DNA of 64,000 bases, from contig JAZSNU010000003.1 of the NCBI GenBank assembly GCA_045536565.1, forward strand, positions 64,001-128,000. Reading direction: 5' to 3'. The stretch comes from Clostridia bacterium. GTDB taxonomy: Bacteria; Bacillota; Clostridia; TANB77; CAG-465. The notes beneath the pieces are model-generated. The model was not told the origin of the DNA. It did not search any database and saw only the letters and a list, made by a program, of their open reading frames with translations. This document shows, piece by piece, positions 21,969-29,152 of this stretch (its first letter is position 1; the number at the start of each line of letters is the position of its first letter). The position numbers and the translations under genes were made by a program.

Positions 21969-22028
21969 AGTATTTAATATACTATTGATTTAATACAAAC
22001 TCGGGCTTAAATTACATATTGCTTTCAG
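21965..22028. repeat. 64-bp direct repeat copy 1 (att-like; duplicates the SASP gene 3' end and 3' UTR)
   Basis: TTTTAGTATTTAATATACTATTGATTTAATACAAA-N6-CTTAAATTACATATTGCTTTCAG; 59/64 identical to 24048-24111. Confidence 0.9.
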
Positions 22029-22044
22029 TGCACTCTAATATGAA

Positions 22045-22072
22045 TTGACATTTTACATAATTGTGATATAAT
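22045..22072 (+). promoter_or_regulatory. Consensus sigma-A promoter of the radical SAM operon
   Basis: TTGACA-16 nt-TATAAT with extended -10 TG. Confidence 0.75.
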
Positions 22073-22123
22073 ATTCGAAAAAATATTAGGCTATAATATA
22101 ACTATATTAAAGGAGTGATTATA

Positions 22124-23125
22124 TTGATTAAGACAGTATGGCTTACTTTAAATCGGAAGTGTAATTTACAATGTCAATGGTGTTATTCAAAATATTCTAA
22201 TAAAAATGAAAACATGAATTTTGAGGAAGTTAAGAAACAAATTATAAGACTAGAAAGGCAAGGTATTAAAAAAATTATATTAATAGGAGGAGAACCGTTA
22301 TTATATAAAAATATAATTGAATTAGTCGCGTTTATTAACGGTTTAGGAATAAATCAATCAGTAACAACTAATGGTATTCTTTTAAAGGATTATGATTTTT
22401 GCAAAAAACTGGTTTCTAGTGGTATTAAAAATTTTAATATGTCATTAAAAGGTAATAATGAAGATCAATACACAAAATATACAAATCGTAAAAATGGATT
22501 ATCAGAATTTCTAAGAGGATATAATAATTTAAAAAACTTGGGAATTAAACCAGTAGTTTCGTATGTTATAGTTGACGATAATAAAGAAAATTTTGATAAT
22601 CTTATAGATATGCTCATAGAAAATAACATATATGATGTGTGTTTTCAGTTTGTAAAACCAGCATTGACATTAGAAGAAAAACAAGATAAGCAAGAATTAG
22701 ACAGAATGGGTATGTTTTGCGAATACATATTTACAAAATTAAGAAAGACTGCCATTGATTTTTCTTTTGAAATCTCATTTCCTCTTTGTTTGATAAAGAA
22801 AGAAGTTCTTGAACAAATGATGAAAGAGAAGTGTATTTCAACATGTTGCCATATACAAAAAGGAACAGGGCTGATATTTGATACAAATTTTAATATACTT
22901 CCTTGCAATCATTTTGCAAATTATCCTTTTAGTATAGAAAAAAATGAAATTTTACAAAGTAATATTGCAGATATATTTTCTAATAACAAAGAAATAATAG
23001 AGTTTAGAAAAAAAGTAAGCTGTTATCCAAGTTTAAAATGTAAGTCGTGTAGTCTTTGGGATTATTGTGGAGGAGGATGCTTTACTAGATGGCTTTATGA
23101 TGATCCTGATGATTATATAAAATAA
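22124..23125 (+). CDS. Radical SAM/SPASM peptide maturase without an RRE domain
   Basis: CNLQCQWC (CX3CX2C), GGEP, TTNG; SPASM CC...LPC...CKSCSLWDYCGGGC; TTG start 8 nt after AAGGAG. Confidence 0.9.
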   Translation: MIKTVWLTLNRKCNLQCQWCYSKYSNKNENMNFEEVKKQIIRLERQGIKKIILIGGEPLLYKNIIELVAFINGLGINQSVTTNGILLKDYDFCKKLVSSGIKNFNMSLKGNNEDQYTKYTNRKNGLSEFLRGYNNLKNLGIKPVVSYVIVDDNKENFDNLIDMLIENNIYDVCFQFVKPALTLEEKQDKQELDRMGMFCEYIFTKLRKTAIDFSFEISFPLCLIKKEVLEQMMKEKCISTCCHIQKGTGLIFDTNFNILPCNHFANYPFSIEKNEILQSNIADIFSNNKEIIEFRKKVSCYPSLKCKSCSLWDYCGGGCFTRWLYDDPDDYIK

Positions 23126-23144
23126 AAGAAAGGAGAGCGTCGTT

Positions 23145-23276
23145 ATGTTGAAAGAATTGTTAGATATGTACAAGGGTACTAATCAATCAGCGCCTAGTGC
23201 TAATGGTTTGAGACCAGAAAATTCAACTATGTTAGATTGTAACTGTGTAGATAGCGATTGCGCAATTTCTGATTAG
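23145..23276 (+). CDS. Putative RiPP (ranthipeptide) precursor, 43 aa: MLKELLDMYKGTNQSAPSANGLRPENSTMLDCNCVDSDCAISD
   Basis: Manual translation; SD AAAGGAG; starts 19 nt after the rSAM stop; three CX3D motifs; followed by a terminator. Confidence 0.8.
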   Translation: MLKELLDMYKGTNQSAPSANGLRPENSTMLDCNCVDSDCAISD

Positions 23277-23280
23277 GATC

Positions 23281-23310
23281 AAAAGAGGGTAGATATTTCT
23301 ACTCTCTTTT
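23281..23310 (+). terminator. Terminator closing the rSAM-precursor operon
   Basis: AAAAGAGGGTAGA / TCTACTCTCTTTT hairpin. Confidence 0.75.
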
Positions 23311-23337
23311 GATATAATAATCGTGAAGGTGAATTTT

Positions 23338-24016
23338 ATGTATATGAATGATAAAAATATTAGTATAACAAAAATCGATGACCAAGAATTTGTATTAAAA
23401 GTATTAGATAAAATAGAAAAAGTAACAAAAAAAATAAATCAATATGCAGGTATACCAAATATAAGAGAAATAAAAATAAATATTTATACGGATAGAAAAA
23501 AATTTATATCTGATATATCAAAATTTTATAGAGAAAATTCAGTTCCGGAATATTGCAAGGGTACTATACAAGAAGGGGAAATATATTACTTTTTAGATCA
23601 AAATTATGATGAAAGAAAACCTTTATATGTTTGCCAAATAGTTCATGAGTACATACATATATTATATAATGAATATATAAAAAAACGGAGAAAGATTAGA
23701 TTGGTTAGATGAGGGATTCTCAATATATTTTTCTGGTGAAAAAGATGGTTTAACACAAGATAAGATTAAAAATATTATTAACACTATTATTAATAAAGAA
23801 GATATAAATATTGAAAATATATCACATGATAAGCAATTTGTGATTCCAGGAAAATACAATGGCTATGAAATATCATATTTAATTGTAAAATATATATTTG
23901 AAAATATGAATAAAGCTGAAATTCATAAAATAATTAAAGATACTTTTTATACAAAAAGTATAGAAAAAGAATTATATGAAAAAACAGTGAAATATTATTA
24001 TAATCTGTATAATTAA
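23338..24016 (+). pseudogene. Gluzincin (peptidase MA-like) zinc metalloprotease, split by a +1 frameshift near 23680-23688; pseudogene or recoded gene
   Basis: Frame 0 has VHEYIH (HExxH); +1 frame from 23687 reads GERLDWLDEGFSIYFS (third-ligand Glu)...GYEISYLIVKYI to TAA 24014-24016. Confidence 0.78.
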
Positions 24017-24022
24017 TAATAT

Positions 24023-24051
24023 AAAGAGGCGAGTTTAAATTCGCCTCTTTT
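24023..24051. terminator. Bidirectional terminator between the peptidase and the SASP gene
   Basis: AAAGAGGCGA / TCGCCTCTTT stem with A/T tails. Confidence 0.8.
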
Positions 24052-24111
24052 AGTATTTAATATACTATTGATTTAATACAAATTAAAACTTAAATTACAT
24101 ATTGCTTTCAG
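24048..24111. repeat. 64-bp direct repeat copy 2 (overlaps the SASP stop codon)
   Basis: 59/64 identical to 21965-22028. Confidence 0.9.
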
Positions 24112-24286
24112 CTCTTTCTATAAGTTTTTTAACCATTTGACCACCTATAGCTCCCGCTTGTCTAGATGTTAAATCACCATTGTATCCTTCTTTTAAGTTT
24201 ACACCAACTTCAGAAGCTACTTCGTATTTCATTTTTTGTAAAGCAGCTTTAGCGTTTGGGTTAACATATGAATTTCTAGATGCCAT
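24095..24286 (-). CDS. Alpha/beta-type small acid-soluble spore protein
   Basis: ALQKMKYEVASEVG, GDLTSRQAGAIGGQMVKKLI. Confidence 0.95.
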   Translation of the reverse strand: MASRNSYVNPNAKAALQKMKYEVASEVGVNLKEGYNGDLTSRQAGAIGGQMVKKLIERAESNM

Positions 24287-24436
24287 TATAATTCACCTCC
24301 TGTTTTTGTTAATTATAAAACAAATAAGTTTTACAATATTAATGTGTGAAAAAATAAGTAATTTAATACTGGAAATAAATAGTAAATAATATTTCAAATA
24401 TTTTTTAAAAATAAAGGTATAATAATTAATAAAAAA

Positions 24437-24466
24437 TTGATTTTTTATGTAAAGTATGCTATAATA
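24437..24466 (+). promoter_or_regulatory. Sigma-A-type promoter, copy 1 of a 30-bp direct repeat
   Basis: TTGATT-17 nt-TATAAT with extended TG; 29/30 identical to 26913-26942. Confidence 0.7.
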
Positions 24467-24501
24467 TACTTATCTATTGCGTTATGTGGAGGTAATAATA
24501 G

Positions 24502-26877
24502 ATGAAAAAATATATAAATAAAATAGTATCAATTTTTTTATTAATAAGTTTAGTATTTTCTAATTTGCCATTAGGAGCAATATTAGCATATGTAAGACCA
24601 TCTATAGCTATAAGTTCACCAAGTAAATCATCTGTAAATAACGGTGATTCGGTTTCATATACAGTTACATATAGCGATGCTGATTATATAAACTTATCAT
24701 CTTCATATGTAACGCTAAACGGATTTAACGCAAATATTTATGTATCAGGTAATGGTGATAGTAGAACTATAACACTATCAAATATACAAGGATCAGCAGG
24801 TAGAAAAAGTATTAGTATACAATATGGATCAGCTGAAAATGAAAACGGATATACTCCAACGACTCCAAATTCTGTTGCATTTATATTAAACAATAATACA
24901 GACAGTATAAGACCATCGATATCAGTGAGTTCACCAAGTAAAACCACAGTTAATGTAGGAGATACTGTTTCATATACACTTTCGTTTACAGATAATGTAT
25001 CAGTTGCCAGAGTAAATACATCTGCATCATATATAACTTTAAATGGATTTACAGCAGATATTTATGTATCAAATACATATAATAAAAGTGTAATAACATT
25101 ATCAAATGTACAAGGAGCAGCAGGTAGAAAAAGTATTAGTATAAAAGCTGGAACAGCGTTAGATAGCGCAGGGAATTTAGCAGCAGCCATAGATTCAACA
25201 GTATCATTTAATTTAAATGTAAATAATAATAGTACAAATAATAACAATACAAATTCGGGAACACAAAACATAGACAACACTAGACCTTCTGTTAGTATAA
25301 GTTCGCCAAGTGCAAATAAAGTATATAAAGGTTCTTCATTAACATATACAGTAAGTTTTGCAGATAATAAAGGTGTAGATAAGATTAACTTATCAGATGC
25401 ATATATTAATTTAAATGGATTCACAGCTAATGTTAATATAACAGGAAAGGGATTAAATAGGTTAATAACATTATCAAATATACAAGGAGTAGCAGGTAAA
25501 AAAAGTATCAGCATAAAAGCAGGAGCAGCGTTAGATAGCGCAGGGAATAGCAGCTTAGCAACTTCAAATTCAGTATCATTTGAAATAGTAGAAAAACAAG
25601 CAACAAAACCTACTCAAAATAGCAATAAAGTAACAGCAAGTAATAATTCAAATAATATTAATATATCTTCAAATAATAACACAACATTAATTCAATCAAC
25701 AATTGCATCTGTTGTAAAAAGCACACCTAAAATAATAAATACATGCGAGGATAGTGCAGAAGTTTTAGGAGATGTTAATAAAGAGATAAAAACTTTTTCA
25801 ACAAGATTTACATCAGAAAAAAGTTTAACAACTTATGCTCAAGAAAACAATTATGTTGCAAAAAATGAAGAAATAACATATATAGTTGATTATTATAATG
25901 GAAAAGATAAAGATGCAAAAAATGTAAATATAAAATTAGTAATACCATATAATGTAGATGTATTAGAAATAAATGCAGGTGGTAAAATATCATCTCAAAC
26001 TGCATCTCAAACAGTAATTGAATGGGATAAAGGCACTATAAAAAAAGAAGCAAAATGTAGATTATATGTTAAAGTTAAATATTTACAAAATATGTTATTG
26101 GAAAAATCAGATAGAATTTCAGAAGAATTCTATGTAACTGTAAATACTAAACATGATTCTAAAAATGAAAGTACATATTTAAGACAATTATTTATAGACA
26201 ACAATCCAAATAAAACAGCAACAATTAACAAATATTTAACTGCAATTGATAGTACTAATTCAATAAGACCAGATGATAAAATAACAAGAGCAGAACTTGC
26301 TAAATTATTAGTTGACACCGGAATAATACAAGTAAAAAATTCGAATACAGATTACAAAAAATATAAAGATGCAGAAGAAATTCCAGCATATGCGAGAGAT
26401 GCCGTATCAGCATTATATAATACAGGTATAATAGAGGAGTTTTCCGATTCTGAATTTAAACCTAACAATCCAATTGTAAGGGATGAATTCTTTAAGATAG
26501 TTGCAAAAGCAGCAAAGTATGTATCAAACGGTAAATTAGAAACAAACAAACCAACATTTATATATACAGACATTATAGATGATAAGGATAAGGCAATATG
26601 TTCAAATAAAGATTATATTATGGAACTTATTAGAATTAATGTTATAAAGAAACAAGATGTAAGACCAGATGAATACACATTAAGGAAAGAAGCAGTAGAG
26701 ATAATAAATGCTTTAACATTTAGAGGACCTTATGTACATCAAATGGAAAGTAATGTATTAAAGTTTGTGGATATTGATGAAAACAACTCATATTTCTATG
26801 ATATAGTAGGCGCTTCAAATACATATGTATATAGTTATACAGATACATTATGGCAGAAAATAACAAGTGTAAAATAA
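24502..26877 (+). CDS. Secreted surface protein: three tandem Ig-like repeats, DUF11-like domain and C-terminal SLH domains
   Basis: Signal peptide; 3x RPSxSISSPS...YTVxxxD...YITLNGFTA...ITLSNIQGxAGRKSISI; SLH motifs RPDDKITRAE, FKPNNPIVRDE. Confidence 0.8.
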   Translation: MKKYINKIVSIFLLISLVFSNLPLGAILAYVRPSIAISSPSKSSVNNGDSVSYTVTYSDADYINLSSSYVTLNGFNANIYVSGNGDSRTITLSNIQGSAGRKSISIQYGSAENENGYTPTTPNSVAFILNNNTDSIRPSISVSSPSKTTVNVGDTVSYTLSFTDNVSVARVNTSASYITLNGFTADIYVSNTYNKSVITLSNVQGAAGRKSISIKAGTALDSAGNLAAAIDSTVSFNLNVNNNSTNNNNTNSGTQNIDNTRPSVSISSPSANKVYKGSSLTYTVSFADNKGVDKINLSDAYINLNGFTANVNITGKGLNRLITLSNIQGVAGKKSISIKAGAALDSAGNSSLATSNSVSFEIVEKQATKPTQNSNKVTASNNSNNINISSNNNTTLIQSTIASVVKSTPKIINTCEDSAEVLGDVNKEIKTFSTRFTSEKSLTTYAQENNYVAKNEEITYIVDYYNGKDKDAKNVNIKLVIPYNVDVLEINAGGKISSQTASQTVIEWDKGTIKKEAKCRLYVKVKYLQNMLLEKSDRISEEFYVTVNTKHDSKNESTYLRQLFIDNNPNKTATINKYLTAIDSTNSIRPDDKITRAELAKLLVDTGIIQVKNSNTDYKKYKDAEEIPAYARDAVSALYNTGIIEEFSDSEFKPNNPIVRDEFFKIVAKAAKYVSNGKLETNKPTFIYTDIIDDKDKAICSNKDYIMELIRINVIKKQDVRPDEYTLRKEAVEIINALTFRGPYVHQMESNVLKFVDIDENNSYFYDIVGASNTYVYSYTDTLWQKITSVK

Positions 26878-26912
26878 AAATACAAATTTAAATCAACACC
26901 AGATATACGGTG

Positions 26913-26942
26913 TTGATTTTTTATGTAAAGTGTGCTATAATA
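26913..26942 (+). promoter_or_regulatory. Sigma-A-type promoter, copy 2 of the 30-bp direct repeat; overlaps the SLH-gene terminator
   Basis: TTGATTTTTTATGTAAAGTGTGCTATAATA; its 5' end is the right arm of the AAATCAACACC/GGTGTTGATTT hairpin. Confidence 0.7.
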
Positions 26943-27063
26943 AGTATATATGTTTTATAGCGTAAATATATATAATTATAATTTTTTTTATGTATGTACG
27001 ATTGTACATTTTAATATAGATAATAAGTAATATAAAAAATATAAATTATGGAGGAAAGACCTT

Positions 27064-27924
27064 ATGAAAAAATTTTTACTTATTTTTAGCATTATTTGCT
27101 TTGCTTTATCGTTGGTATGTGGCTTGTTTACAGGATGGATAGGAGCCATTGTATTTACTCTTTTAAGTGTTGCTGGAATATTGATAGCAAGTTTCCTTTT
27201 AAGGAATATTGCAAATGCAAGATGGATTCCTATTATTATTCTAATTGTTTTAGCAATCTTTCTTGTTAAAATTTCAATTTGCAAGTGTGTAATGGACAAT
27301 GCGGATACACTAGCGCAGAATCAAATTACTAACTGTGAAAAAGAGGAAGAAACTGATTTAAACTCTCAAATGGTAATAACTGATATTGAAGAAGAAAAAC
27401 AGCAAGAATCAGAAGAAACAACAAAAACAGAAAATGTTAAAGTGGTTGAAAAAGAGGTTCCTGTAACTGTTGAAAAAGTAGTTGAAAAAATAGTTGAAAA
27501 AGAAGTACCAGTAGAGAAAATAGTTGAGAAAGAAGTTATAGTTGAAAAAATAGTTGAAGTGGAAAAAGAAGTTCCCGTTCAAACAACAACTCCTAATTCA
27601 AATCCGACTATTAATTTTTACGGTGATCCAACTGTTCCTAATTATGGCAATGGCTATGGTTACAACAATGGTTATTATGGTGATTCATATAACAACTATG
27701 GTAAAATAACAATATCAGGCGATGATGAAGTTGTTATGGGAGAATCGGTGGCATTTACTATTAAAGGTGTAAACACAATATCAGAAAGCAAACTTGAACT
27801 CCCCCAGTATGTTTCGTTTGATTACAGCAAAGGTAACAAAATTTACCTTATATTCAAAAAAGTAGGCTGGTATGAGTTTGAATATGGAAATGCGACATTC
27901 GGTGTTACCGTAGTAGCAGAGTAA
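27064..27924 (+). CDS. Membrane protein with VEK/EVP-rich repeats, a Gly/Tyr/Asn-rich linker and a C-terminal beta domain
   Basis: Three N-terminal hydrophobic segments; EKVVEKIVEKEVPVEKIVEKEVIVEKIVEVEKEVPV. Confidence 0.75.
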   Translation: MKKFLLIFSIICFALSLVCGLFTGWIGAIVFTLLSVAGILIASFLLRNIANARWIPIIILIVLAIFLVKISICKCVMDNADTLAQNQITNCEKEEETDLNSQMVITDIEEEKQQESEETTKTENVKVVEKEVPVTVEKVVEKIVEKEVPVEKIVEKEVIVEKIVEVEKEVPVQTTTPNSNPTINFYGDPTVPNYGNGYGYNNGYYGDSYNNYGKITISGDDEVVMGESVAFTIKGVNTISESKLELPQYVSFDYSKGNKIYLIFKKVGWYEFEYGNATFGVTVVAE

Positions 27925-27979
27925 AATTTAAATCTTGTCTAACATGTTTAGACAAGATTTTTCTTTTATGTTTTCAAGT

Positions 27980-27986
27980 TTCGACA
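27980..27986 (-). promoter_or_regulatory. Spo0A box upstream of spoIIAA
   Basis: TTCGACA is the reverse complement of the TGTCGAA 0A-box consensus; lies upstream of a known Spo0A-target operon. Confidence 0.6.
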
Positions 27987-28032
27987 AATAATTACTTGAA
28001 ATATATGTATAATATTACAAGAGGTGGAACAT

Positions 28033-28338
28033 ATGAAGCATGAATATAATAAAGAAACAGAAAGTTTAAAAATAGAACTAACAGAAGAAATAGATATGAG
28101 TAGTTGCAAGGTGTTAAGAAATATAATGGATGGATATATAATTAAGTACAGTCCAAAAGAATGTATATTAGATATGGAAAATGTAAGTTTTATGGATAGT
28201 TCTGGCTTGGGCTTAATAATGGGAAGATATAACCTAATAAAGATGTTAAACTCTAAAATGACATTACTTAATCCAGGAGAACCAATAAAGAAAATTCTAT
28301 CGATGACAGAACTTGATAAAGATATAAAAATAATATAG
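28033..28338 (+). CDS. spoIIAA: Anti-sigma F factor antagonist
   Basis: STAS domain VSFMDSSGLGLIMGRY. Confidence 0.9.
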   Translation: MKHEYNKETESLKIELTEEIDMSSCKVLRNIMDGYIIKYSPKECILDMENVSFMDSSGLGLIMGRYNLIKMLNSKMTLLNPGEPIKKILSMTELDKDIKII

Positions 28339-28346
28339 GTGATAAA

Positions 28347-28817
28347 ATGAATAATAAAATTAAAATAGAAATAAACAATTTGCTTTCTAATGTATCTATT
28401 GTAAGAGTTGCACTTACATCTTTTATATCTAATGAAGGTCTATCCTTAGATGAGATAATGGAGATAAAAACAGCGGTATCAGAAGCCGTTACAAACAGTA
28501 TAGAGCATGCCTATGATAAAGAGGAAAATATAGTAGTGGTAATCGCTAAAATATTAGAAATTGATAAAATGAAATATATATCCATAACTATCGAAGACTA
28601 TGGCAGCGGCATAGAAGATGTTGAAATTGCAACAACACCTGGATATACTACAAAACCAGAAATGGAGCATGCTGGTATGGGATTTACTATAATGGAAACA
28701 TTTATGGATGAAGTGATAATTGATTCTGATGTAGACCAAGGAACAAAAATAACAATGACAAAGAGGCTAAATATAAAACAAACAAATAATATAAAAGGAG
28801 AAACAAATGATGAATGA
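28347..28817 (+). CDS. spoIIAB: Anti-sigma F factor kinase
   Basis: EIKTAVSEAVTNSIEHAY, TTKPEMEHAGMGFTIMETFMD. Confidence 0.92.
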   Translation: MNNKIKIEINNLLSNVSIVRVALTSFISNEGLSLDEIMEIKTAVSEAVTNSIEHAYDKEENIVVVIAKILEIDKMKYISITIEDYGSGIEDVEIATTPGYTTKPEMEHAGMGFTIMETFMDEVIIDSDVDQGTKITMTKRLNIKQTNNIKGETNDE

Positions 28818-29079
28818 AAAAATAATTTGTGAGAATAGTATTTTAGAATATAACTTTAAATATTATTTGGTAGAGCCATTAGATAATACAAATAATGAAA
28901 TGTATGGAATAAAAATAGATAAGTATAGTGCAGATAATGAGTTAGTTGATACGAAATGTATACCTAACATTTTTCAAAGTAGAGAAAAAATGATTAAGGC
29001 AATAAGGATACTTAATAAATTACAAGTTACTCCTATAACATTAGAAGATATAGTAATAGATAATATATATACAAAATAA
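28807..29079 (+). CDS. Small hypothetical protein (DUF6514-like)
   Basis: YGIKIDK...L..LQVTPITLEDIV pattern of a clostridial small-protein family. Confidence 0.6.
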   Translation: MMNEKIICENSILEYNFKYYLVEPLDNTNNEMYGIKIDKYSADNELVDTKCIPNIFQSREKMIKAIRILNKLQVTPITLEDIVIDNIYTK

Positions 29080-29152
29080 CACATTTATATATGTGTTATT
29101 TTTCTTGCAAATTTACATAATAAATGGTATCATATATGTAGGGAGTTTTGAA

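Larger units (their letters stand above)
21965..24111. mobile_element. Integrase-less genomic islet inserted at the 3' end of the SASP gene, carrying a RiPP cassette
   Basis: Flanked by 64-bp direct repeats that include the last 17 nt of the ssp ORF; cargo is accessory. Confidence 0.65.

Noticed and set aside
22124-22180. Genome-wide CGG codon reassignment
   Set aside because: In-frame CGG in the rSAM (N-R-K-C) and other accessory genes fits Arg, and there are too few observations; a whole-genome codon-decoding analysis (e.g. Codetta) would be needed.
21965-24111. Direct repeats as a CRISPR array or integron attC array
   Set aside because: Only two copies about 2 kb apart; no cas or intI genes; the repeat includes the end of a coding gene.
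24437-24466. TTATGTAAAGT as a dif/XerD arm (also TTATGTAAATT near 56277)
   Set aside because: There is no matching XerC arm at 6-bp spacing; both sites are better explained as promoter spacers.
27440-27580. GTTGAAAAA-type tandem nucleotide repeats as a CRISPR or DGR element
   Set aside because: They simply encode the VEK peptide repeats; no spacers or reverse transcriptase are present.
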